Positions 55,000-64,000 of a DNA stretch of 64,000 nt are shown here, one piece after another (the stretch's first letter is position 1; each line of letters begins with the position of its first letter). The notes beneath the pieces are model-generated. The model was not told the origin of the DNA. It saw nothing but the letters and a program-made list of their open reading frames with translations, and did no database searches. This stretch comes from Trypanosoma brucei. Lineage: Eukaryota. The stretch is taken from assembly GCA_000002445.1 (NCBI GenBank), contig CP000070.1, positions 992,001-1,056,000 on the forward strand, given 5' to 3'. The translations under genes and the position numbers were made by a program.

Positions 55000-57714
55000 A
55001 TGACCATCACTGTGGATCTATTTGGTGAGGCGGATTGCAATGATGGCGAGGGGCACATGTGGTCCGCCGATGTTGCGAAATTCACTGAAGTGCCTGAAGT
55101 GCCGCGTGTGTTTGCCGATTCTCAGCATTACATTACTTACACCACAAAAAAGGGCAACTCTCTGAGGGTGGTAAAGCGCTTGAACCTTGCCAGAGGCACT
55201 GTGCGTGGCCACACAACACCAATTCATTCCGTTCGCTTTGTAAATTATCGAAGCAACGTCGCAGCGTCTGCCAGCAAGGGGGAGTTTTTCGTTTGGGTTG
55301 TGACAGACAGCGGGGAGGGAGGAACCGGGCGCCCTTCAGCTGATGCAGAGCTTACAATTAACATGTACTTTAGGCTCTCCGACCCCGTCACCATTTCGTG
55401 CTTTTCATTCTTTATTAATGCAGAAAATAAGCGGCCTGACGTATTGGTTCTGCACGACCAGCAGGCGAGCATCCTTGATTCCTCCGCCCTCATTGCGCTA
55501 TACCGTGACACCCCTCTCACTGCGACGCTTAAGCAGAACAGCACGGCTCTGCGGAAGTTGGCTAGTAATGTTACTGCAAATACTCTCTGCTCTGTGGGGT
55601 CAGGTGGCTGGTTTGCCTTCACTACGGATTCAAATATGGTCGCTGCTTGCACTTTGCAGAACCGCAACACACCACCATGGTCCTGCTGTGAGGGAGCTCC
55701 TGTTCACTCACTCCACCTGCTGGATACACCCCACGCTGAGAAGACAACTCTCGTTGCTTCCTGTTCGCGGGTAGTATATCAGTGGTCGCTGAGTGGGGCG
55801 TCAGAGCCGACATTGCTACGAAAGTTTGCTGTTGACGGTACCATCGTGTCGCTGGAGGGCTCGCGCGATTCATTTGCAGTGTTCAATGACAAACGGAAGT
55901 TAGCGGTGGTTCGGATCCAGTCTCCGAAGGAATTTACGTGCACACGGTATACTCTACCGTGGCAGGTGCGCCGGCGTGGGACTTGCTTCAACTGCGTAGG
56001 CGGAGAGTCTTATATAATGGCTGACAATGACGATCGTTTGACAGTCATGCAGCTTAAGGCCAATGCTTCCAGTGGCGCTGGCAAGCGGGAAAGTCCCTTG
56101 AACACACGTAGGAGTCCTGCTGGAGCAGCGAAGCCGGCAAGTAATGTGTTGGCCCCCACCACTGGCACAAAGATAAAGTCGAACTCGTCCACTCAACCGA
56201 CTGGTAGTATTATCGCTAACCTGGTTAATCGCCTTGGGATATGCAGTGTTGGAATGGCACCCCCAGCATCGTCTAACACATCCTCACCAGCAACCGCAAC
56301 GGCAACAGGAAGTGCACCCGATGTAACTTCTGCTTCAGCGAATGCTACGCAGCGTGGAGCTTTGCATGGTTACAGCAACCAACCCGTAACGGCGGGTCTT
56401 GGTAGCGGCAGTAGTGCGGGCGCATCCAAAGTATTCACACCGGCCTTGTCGAAATCGTTAGCGGCTTCTGCCGGCCGCGGTCACGGTAGTTCTTCCATCA
56501 GTCCCGCAAGCGCCCAGCTGTCGGCCGCTGTCAATGCCAATAACCTCACGCACTCTTCACGGCCAGCGCTTCACAACGCCTCTTTGCCACAGGCTCCAAC
56601 TGATGGCGTGCTCGCAACTGTTTTGCAGCAAACTGAAGATGAGGTGCACCAGGAATTGGAGCGACTTGATTCCGTCATGAAAAACACACTGCAAGTACTT
56701 CAGTTGACTCCCGACACCATCCACCGGGCACATGAACAGTTGTTAAGCTTAAGCCTTGAAGCGCAGATGACAGAGCTACAGCAACAGCAAGAACGGCAGA
56801 AAAATGCATCCTTGTCCAACTCTGCAGGGTTTACTCCCTTCGAGACTTGTGTGCTTTTATCTATTCTTGATCCACTTTCACAAAGCATCGCGAACGGATT
56901 AACCCGTGGTGTTGAGGATGCTATGATGGCCAATCTTGAACATGGAGTGCGGCACGCTTTGGTAAACCGTGCGCGGACTACACAGAAGAGTGCAATGAAG
57001 GCACGCCTTGATGAAGTACTGAAGGAGAGTTCCTCACAGTTTCTTGCGCAGGTAGAACAGACTGTGCGTAACGTTGTGGAAAATGAGCTTGCGGAAGTGT
57101 TTGGAGATATTAATGGTTTACTGACGGCGCTAGAGAATGATAACGTTCGACTTCAGCGGGAATTGGAGGCGATTATGGCCTCGGATGTTATCACCGAAAT
57201 GAAGAAAACTCGAGAAGAACTTGAGTCGTTGCGCGAGGCAGTGACGAACCAACAGTTGGCCATTGGAACGGGGTCACAGCTAGTGAGTCGTCCCTCTCCC
57301 GAGACCGTGTTATCAACAACAACTGAATTAATACAACAGCAACAATATCGCCAAGGATTGGAGTACATTATTATGGCGGAACAACCTCAACTGGTTCTTC
57401 AGCTCTTCGTTGCCCTGAAAAAGAAAACTGAGAATGTATATTCGGCACTGATTGAGGATCCCGCAACCCCTAATGACGTATGGCTTCGTGTTATTGTGCA
57501 AATTACCGGCGCGGCGACGTCTGAGAAGGATATTGATGCGGTTGTGGGTGTTCTCATCGACATCCTTTCGGAGAGGGAACAGCTGCTGCAAAAGACGGGC
57601 CCGACCGCAAAACTAACTGAAAGTTTGCATTCGTTCGTAACTGTGGGGAAATCTGGGAGAAAGTGCTCCGCGGGGCTGCGAAACTTCAAGAACTTGGAGA
57701 AGTTACTGCCATAG
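55000..57714 (+). CDS. hypothetical protein (904 aa): N-terminal WD40-like beta-propeller, central Ser/Thr/Ala-rich disordered linker, C-terminal alpha-helical/coiled-coil domain
   Basis: WD-like blades (H-T-T-P-I-H-S-V-R-F ... F-F-V-W-V-V-T-D; V-V-Y-Q-W-S-L). Residues about 370-540 are S/T/A/G-rich. The C-terminal 350 aa is heptad-like (L-E-R-L-D-S-V-M-K-N-T-L-Q-V-L-Q-L ...). Confidence 0.7.
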   Translation: MTITVDLFGEADCNDGEGHMWSADVAKFTEVPEVPRVFADSQHYITYTTKKGNSLRVVKRLNLARGTVRGHTTPIHSVRFVNYRSNVAASASKGEFFVWVVTDSGEGGTGRPSADAELTINMYFRLSDPVTISCFSFFINAENKRPDVLVLHDQQASILDSSALIALYRDTPLTATLKQNSTALRKLASNVTANTLCSVGSGGWFAFTTDSNMVAACTLQNRNTPPWSCCEGAPVHSLHLLDTPHAEKTTLVASCSRVVYQWSLSGASEPTLLRKFAVDGTIVSLEGSRDSFAVFNDKRKLAVVRIQSPKEFTCTRYTLPWQVRRRGTCFNCVGGESYIMADNDDRLTVMQLKANASSGAGKRESPLNTRRSPAGAAKPASNVLAPTTGTKIKSNSSTQPTGSIIANLVNRLGICSVGMAPPASSNTSSPATATATGSAPDVTSASANATQRGALHGYSNQPVTAGLGSGSSAGASKVFTPALSKSLAASAGRGHGSSSISPASAQLSAAVNANNLTHSSRPALHNASLPQAPTDGVLATVLQQTEDEVHQELERLDSVMKNTLQVLQLTPDTIHRAHEQLLSLSLEAQMTELQQQQERQKNASLSNSAGFTPFETCVLLSILDPLSQSIANGLTRGVEDAMMANLEHGVRHALVNRARTTQKSAMKARLDEVLKESSSQFLAQVEQTVRNVVENELAEVFGDINGLLTALENDNVRLQRELEAIMASDVITEMKKTREELESLREAVTNQQLAIGTGSQLVSRPSPETVLSTTTELIQQQQYRQGLEYIIMAEQPQLVLQLFVALKKKTENVYSALIEDPATPNDVWLRVIVQITGAATSEKDIDAVVGVLIDILSEREQLLQKTGPTAKLTESLHSFVTVGKSGRKCSAGLRNFKNLEKLLP

Positions 57715-59528
57715 CGTCGGGTGCTGTTCACATGAAGGAGGGAAAAGAAGGATCAAAACAATATATCCGCGATAACAAATGTGTCTAAAAATGAAAACCA
57801 TAATAAGACAAAAAGAGGGAAATAAATAAACAAAAATAGGTAGTGGTGGTTTGGAAGGTGCAACATGTAGGTGTCGGTGGTTGTGACGATACCGGGATGT
57901 TTGGAAGAGATCAGTGTAATATTTAATCCATGATTGTCTGTTATCAATTTCCGGGATGACGCATAGGCGTGTGAGAGAGCGCATGTGGGCGTTGCTACCC
58001 CCAATATCCTGATTTGAGTGAGGGGACCACACACGATTTTGTTATCTTCATTTTTTTTAAAAACTTTTAATTGAGGGAAGGAAAGGGAGACAGGGAGAAG
58101 AAGCGACGGAAGACGTGGAAGGAAGAGGGGTCGAGCTGGAGGAAAGAAGCAAATGTGGATGTAGTCAACACGGCCGCCAAACACCGGATGTGGAGCCGTT
58201 CTGAGGAGGCCCCGTTTGTTGCGTTGGTGTGGCCTTCAGCTTCTTTTCGTTATTGAAGTGCATGAGGTTTATTATAATAGTTCTTGGGACCAACGAAGGG
58301 AGCGCCAAGAAGGTGGATAAAAGCAAAATAAGGAGGAGGAGGGGGGGGGGACCGGAAAAAGGAAAAAAAAATGAAAGAGGGAGCGCGTGAGGCAGTGGCG
58401 GTGGTGGGGAATTGAGAACTCTCAGGGTTGAAACTCCTCAATACTCTCCGCATTACTGTGCTTCTTTAAACGCGGAGAAGTATGGGCTGCGGTAGGCTAT
58501 CGATGCGTGCGTCCGCATGTACGTGAAACCTGTTCTTCGCTGTATCACTGGTACAGCGTTTTCATTGGAAGAACAAAGCTGTTGCTTTGCACACGTTTTG
58601 TTATTTGTTTTTGCCCTTCTTCGCCGTTGTAATTCCCTGCGTGGTGTCTGCAAAGATATTCTTACCTTCCAGTGCACATATATATATATATATATATGTT
58701 CAACTACCCTCATTTTCATTTCAAACTTTCGTCTAAGTAAAAATAAAAGGGGAACGGTAATATTTGGAGGTCGCACAGGAGGAGACGGCGGCTAGAGTAA
58801 GGTAGGGGGGCAAGAAAGTCCCACTGGGCGCGCAAATATCCGTTCAAGGAAAAAATAATAAGGCAAAGAAGAAGTAGGGAGAGGGGGTGCAAAAAAAAAA
58901 AAGACAGGCGGAGGCATTTAACGAAGTCAGCATACACACATTACAAACACACACGCGAATAAACGTACAAGCGAGCATAGACACAATCCCACAAAGCCCA
59001 ACAACTGTTGGTTGCAACCGCACTGCTGACACTTGAGGCGGGCGAGGGGATAGAGAAAATAACGTTGACCAGTGACTCTGGTTGGTTTTTACACTCACAC
59101 ACACATACACAACCACGATCCATAAATTATCCAATAGACTTATTTTTGCTCTTACCGTTGTTTTAGCAGTTTACGCACCCTGTGCTGCTCAGTTGCCCGT
59201 ATTTTTGAATGCGACGTACTTTCAGTCGCTACGCACGGTTCGCGGTGTGTCAGCAGTCTACTGGTGCAGGGACCATAGAGGGCCCTCTCCGTTTGCGCTC
59301 GGCAGATCAGACAGTAGTGTGGTGTTGCGCCGCAGCTGGGCGGAGGTCCTGGTTTTGCCTGCTTCCCAACTCGGTACGCGCGGGGTTGCATGAGCCACGC
59401 CGGTTCGCGTCAACGAGGGCCACGAATTCGCGCAAACCAGCGAGGGTTGCGCGATCGGGCGCCTCTTCACGAGCGCCACGCAAGGGCCCCAGACATTCAC
59501 AGGGGTTGAAGTCATCGCAGGAAAGTGA

Positions 59529-62500
59529 GGGAGAGTTTATGGCTACTACTTCAGATGATGACTTTGGACCAATGGCAGAGGGAGCAGCGGAAGAGGAGAG
59601 TGCAGGAGATTGTGATGCTGGTGTTGGCAGTAGTTTGACAGGTGGGCGAGAGACAACCGAATCATCCAACGTAGCGGCGGCGCCAGAGGAAGAAGGGGAA
59701 GGAGTTGGCACTACCGAAGGTGTTGAGACGGAGGGAGGTAAGCCTGGTAGGAGTGAGGAGGATCCACTGAATCTCCGAGTAGCCACGCTTATGCAGCAAC
59801 CAGGAAAGGCGTTCCGTGTAATTGCCGTGTCATATTCAGCTAAGCGGGAGTTAAATTTTCCCATTACTTTTGAGGACATTGCCTCTGGTACAACTCTAAA
59901 CTGTCGGTTGGAGGACGTACACACAACTTACATGAATTGGGTTCGTCAGTTTTGTGCGTCATGGGTTATGCTCTTTGTCCCAACCCTCTCAGCAGCCAGC
60001 GCCGTCCTACTGGAGAATGCCGTAGTGTACAGTAGGGTGGAACGTACTGTCTCTAACTCTCACCGTGGCTCTCCTGCACCCAAACAGTGGGAGGAACCGG
60101 ATCATGTGCTGGTTTCGTACAGCAAAATGCGTGAGGTGCTATGCAAAGTAAAGCGGGATGAGCAGGTAGACAAGGAGCTTGTTAGTAACACTGTACTCAG
60201 TGCATTTGCGGAGGACTGGAAGAGCTTTATTCACTCAACAGCATCTTGCTCACCGGCATCAATTGTGACCGCATCGTTTGATTTCCGCCCCAACGGCGGG
60301 CATCTCCAGTTGAACAAGAAATTTTTGCACGCACAGTTGACAACAGCGGCGATGACACTGTTGAGGCATGTTGCACGTAAGGGATCGTCTGCCAGCGGCA
60401 CTCCATGTAGTTCTTCCACTAAGGAGGTTACATCTGGCGCGAACAACTCTGTAGCTGATGATATTCGCAGGAAGGAATCTTGGTTGTTAATTTTTGTTTC
60501 CGCACCTGCGGGGAGCGCAACGAGTTTTCTAGGGCCCAGAGCAGTCAACTTGGGCGTACCACCTATGCAAGATCTTCTTACTGGTGAGTTTGTGGATCCC
60601 CTTCTCCTTGGGGGGAGGAACGTCATTTACATTATCGGTTCCGGAACGGCGGCAGAAGCCTTTTCAAAAATACCATCTGTGCGTAAGGGCAAACGTCAGA
60701 TATCGATACTATTGAAGGATATAGAGAATCAACTGGGGCCGTTTCGGGCGAGTCGCCCGACGTTAACCACCACGCTTATACAGGCGTTAGATACGTTTTC
60801 GCGGCACACGTGGATTGGGTTAATGAAGGAGGAGGATGGCACAGTTCGAGTGCCCCGGGCTCCTCAGAGCTTTGTTCATCTGCACCGGCGAAGCGTTACG
60901 CGTGAGGTGTTGCCTAAGTTTCTTGAGTCGACGTTAGGACATATTTCTCACCACAACTCCGCCTATGGAGTCGCAGAGGTGGGAATGGGCGGTGCGGCTG
61001 GCGCTGCGGGTGCAAACGCGCTCCTGCAGCTGGGAAAGTTAAACCGCAAGGTAGATGAGCATATAAAGGCGATTTTCAACAATGCTGAACGACTCGAGAA
61101 GGAGAAGGCACTCCGCGAGAGTTTGCGTCGTAGCAACTGTTTCTTTGTAGATGTCAAGTCGGCGAACATCTCGGCGGCACGTCGAGCTGACAATCCCTTT
61201 TCTACACGAAATGGTATATTGGAGTTTCACGGCCAACTTTGGGCGACCCTTGGCATGGGGGAGACGGCACGAGCGGGAAAGACAACAGGTTGTCCACCAG
61301 TGAAGACGCTCACAGCGCAGCTCGCTCCCAATGGCGACGTGCAGGCTTTCGTTAGACCCGAGGAATGCATTCCGATGGAATTACCTACTGGCTCTAGTGA
61401 TACAAGCACCATAAGGCATAAGGGGATATCATTAGCTGCATCAGCATCTAGTGCCTCTAGTGGGATAATCATTGCATGGGACGTGAAGCGTGCGCTGCTT
61501 TTTCTTCGCGGCAGCAACAGACTTCGAGAATTTCTCCTTAACGGTGGTAGGATTTGGTGTGCACAGTACGCACAGTACCTACTTAAAGGGTTCAACAACC
61601 ACAACCTCACCACAATGGAGCGGACACTCCTTCAGTACCACACGGTGCAGACCAAGTTGCATCCTCTGGAGAAGCTGAAGATAATTTTTGAGAAACAACT
61701 TGATATTGCGGTGAATACTCGGCAGCTTATATCGATCGTGCATCGTATGGATGGTCTTCTTGCTTGTACTGAAATGGAGTTACGTGGGCTTCAGATAGCT
61801 CCACAAGAAGACATTACAGCCTTTGCCCGTAACCTGAAAAGGACCCGGGAGGAACTGGAGAAGGCAGTTAATGATAAAATCATGGTGTTCACGGAAGGAA
61901 TGGATAATGAAGTGAGACGTAAGATTAACGTTCGCTCTACGCAGGATATCAGCACAATCATCTACGGTGGCGCGTTGTGTCGGCATCTGGGTACGCGATA
62001 CGTGTCACCTCACATTCCCCGCATTCCTGTGACGGCAATCTTTCCACATGCAGTATGCCGCCTAACAACAACCCCTGTCCCTGAGCTGTACACAAACGCC
62101 GAGAACCTCCTTGGGGTCAAAGGAACAGGCAACAGCGGTAACAACAATAATGCTAACAAGATTGCTGAAGCAGCGACCATTACGGCCAACGCAGTGAATA
62201 CAACCCTTAAGATTATTGACAAGTATCTGAAGGACAATACATTGGATAATTTGCTCAACAATACGGCTATTGTGGTAGTGACATGTAAGGTACGGACCAG
62301 TAGCTTTCTGGAGGTGATCACCATCCATTGCCCTTCTAGTGATCCTAATGATGAACTGCGGCACACTGTTGCGATCGATGACGTCTTACCAGTAATGAGC
62401 TCACCCGAGCTGGTTACCATAACTCAACTCAAGGAGAAAATTGCCGCCTACAGGCCTTTACGAGCGCTCCAACCACTCAAGAAGTACGGCAGACGCAGTT

Positions 62501-64000
62501 ATGACCTTCGAAATCTCGTCATTCTCACTCATTGTTCCTTCGACAAGACGGCTGTGTTGGTAGACACGGGCATTATACAGACGATCGCCGAAACTGTTCT
62601 TGGTAAAGAAAATGAAGAACGGTCCCTCCTCGAACGTGTCTGTTTCTGTGACATCAATCGCGCCTTTCCACCTCCCCCAGAGGGAGGTGATTCGTTTGAG
62701 AATGATTTCTTAGGACTTGTGAATGGTGCTGAACAGGCCGGCGTGTCCTCCCGCAGCAACTGGGAGGCTTTCACGCGGAACTTTGCTGCGGTTGGAGGGT
62801 TTGAGGACACACGCAGGGCGTTGGTGCTGCATTGTGCCTCGTTAGTTGGTACGGCAAGAGACCCATTCCGTACGGCCCATCCCTTGCCCTTTGCGTTAGT
62901 GGGGTTTAATGGTCAACAGGCGCTTGGGTTACATGGGCAAGAGCGGGCCTCGACGCGTGGGATGCTGTGGATGGTTACTCCCGAACGGCTACACCCGTTG
63001 CTTCATCGCTCACTGCGTGGCCGCAGTGCGTCATCCGGCGCGGACGCCATTGAGCGGATCAATGTGTTGCTTTCGAATGAAAAACAGGTGGATCTCTCCT
63101 TTTTCAAGGCCCTTCAGCAATTGCGTTTCATGGAAAAGCAAATGCAGCTCTTCGAAGAAGGTGCTCTGTTTCGGGCAGTTTTACCGGAGTGCAAAAATCG
63201 TGTTCACGGTGAGTTCTGCCATGTCGTTACTGCGACGGGTCGACTTTCTTCACAGTCGCCTAACCTGCAGAACATTCCCAAGGAAGATTTGAGGTGCCTA
63301 ATCGTCTCTCGCTTCGGTCGGCGTGCTGGTCGTATGATTGAGGCGGACTATAGTCAGTTGGAAGTTGTGGTGCTCGCTGCTCTCAGTCGGGACGCCCGCA
63401 TGTTGCAGGAACTTAACGACAATGTGGATTTCCATTGCCTACGTGTTTCTCTCATGACAAAAGAGCCCTACGAGGATGTAATACACAAAGTGAAGCAGGT
63501 GAAGGATCCCCACTATATTCAGCTACGGCAGCAGGCGAAAACATTTTCGTTTCAACGTCAATATGGTGCAGGGACATCAACCATAGCCACAACGACGGGG
63601 CTTAGTGAGACGGAGGTTGTGCGGCTGATTGCCGCCGAGGAACAGCATTACAAGGACTTGGGACGCTACTATAGGCTTGTAACGGACTGTGTAGAGGCGG
63701 GTGCCGATCGCTTGTTGCAGTTGCGTACATTAGATGCAACATCTTGGCCCCCCACGATGCGTCGAATGGTGCTTTTGACTGAACCGATGCATTATTTTGT
63801 GGTACCAACGGGAAGCAAATTTGACTTCACGAAGGATAAGAAGGCTGTGCCACGACTGAAAAATTACCCCGTTCAGGGACTGGCTGGGGAAATTGTTCAA
63901 ATTATGTGTGGAAAGATTATTCGTCGCTTCTATGCAAAACGTAACTACAACGATAAGGCGTTTCTTGTTAATACCGTTCACGATTGCGTTTGGATTGATG
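59529..64000 (+). CDS. POLIC: family-A (Pol I-like) DNA polymerase of the kinetoplast POLI group, POLIC-like, with a very long N-terminal extension; 3'-truncated by the window end (at least 1490 aa in window)
   Basis: Hand translation from the ATG at 59529 to position 64000 shows no stop. It is absent from the ORF track because it has no in-window stop. Motif A D-Y-S-Q-L-E-V-V-V-L-A-A-L-S, the S-Q-S-P-N-L-Q-N-I-P-K block, motif B R-Q-Q-A-K-T-F-S-F-Q-R-Q-Y-G-A-G, and motif C V-H-D-C at the last codons. The polymerase domain begins about 1300 residues into the protein, as in POLIC/POLID (about 1.6 kaa). Confidence 0.8.

Noticed and set aside
59307-59924. 205-aa minus-strand ORF overlapping the polymerase start
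   Set aside because: Antisense to the far longer plus-strand polymerase ORF and opposite to the cluster polarity.
1-64000. Prokaryotic operon, defence-island, phage or CRISPR interpretation of the window
   Set aside because: Gene content (kinesin, DYRK kinase, VTC1, RET1, MPDU1), ORF sizes, the lack of Shine-Dalgarno-type spacing, the polypyrimidine/AG trans-splicing signals and the strand-switch architecture are all kinetoplastid nuclear features. No prokaryotic defence or mobile-element genes are present.

Overview
Organism and layout (inferred from the sequence, not from any search): kinetoplastid nuclear DNA, most likely a Trypanosoma brucei-group chromosome. Evidence is intron-less densely packed ORFs in two head-to-head polycistronic units, polypyrimidine tracts followed by AG ahead of start codons, abundant (CA)n, (GT)n and (TA)n microsatellites, about 48-50% GC, and signature kinetoplastid genes. 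My unverified recollection is that RET1 and POLIC are close neighbours on T. brucei chromosome 7. The window is not prokaryotic, and there are no operons, CRISPR arrays or phage elements. Minus-strand unit (1..21651): FYVE zinc-finger protein (3'-partial, runs off the window start), a hypothetical protein, a protein with two or three cold-shock domains, a WD40 protein, and a K39-type kinesin carrying about 26 identical 117-bp (39-aa) tandem repeats. It continues with a 997-aa hypothetical protein, an MPDU1/Lec35 PQ-loop protein, a secreted or ER thioredoxin-like CPAC protein, and a DYRK-family kinase. A 5.6-kb ORF-poor divergent strand-switch region (21652..27310) with a C14 tract (G14 on the minus strand) is the likely bidirectional Pol II start zone. 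Plus-strand unit (27311..end): hypothetical proteins, VTC1 (an acidocalcisome polyphosphate-complex subunit), a possible sulfotransferase-like protein, a large possibly PPR-like protein, a mitochondrial carrier, the RET1 terminal uridylyltransferase, and mitochondrial ribosomal uL16. After a 320-aa hypothetical protein comes an unusual 6.7-kb AT-rich microsatellite-dense ORF-free tract (48.3-55.0 kb), then a 904-aa WD40/coiled-coil protein, then a family-A DNA polymerase of the kinetoplast POLI type (POLIC-like) that runs off the window end. Points worth a second look: a 157-bp perfect copy of the kinesin P-loop coding segment about 0.8 kb upstream of the kinesin itself; exclusively synonymous variation across the kinesin repeat array; the 6.7-kb AT-rich tract; an HDC (instead of HDE) motif C in the polymerase; and the EDC4-like architecture of the 904-aa protein. 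I found no novel prokaryote-style system and do not claim one.
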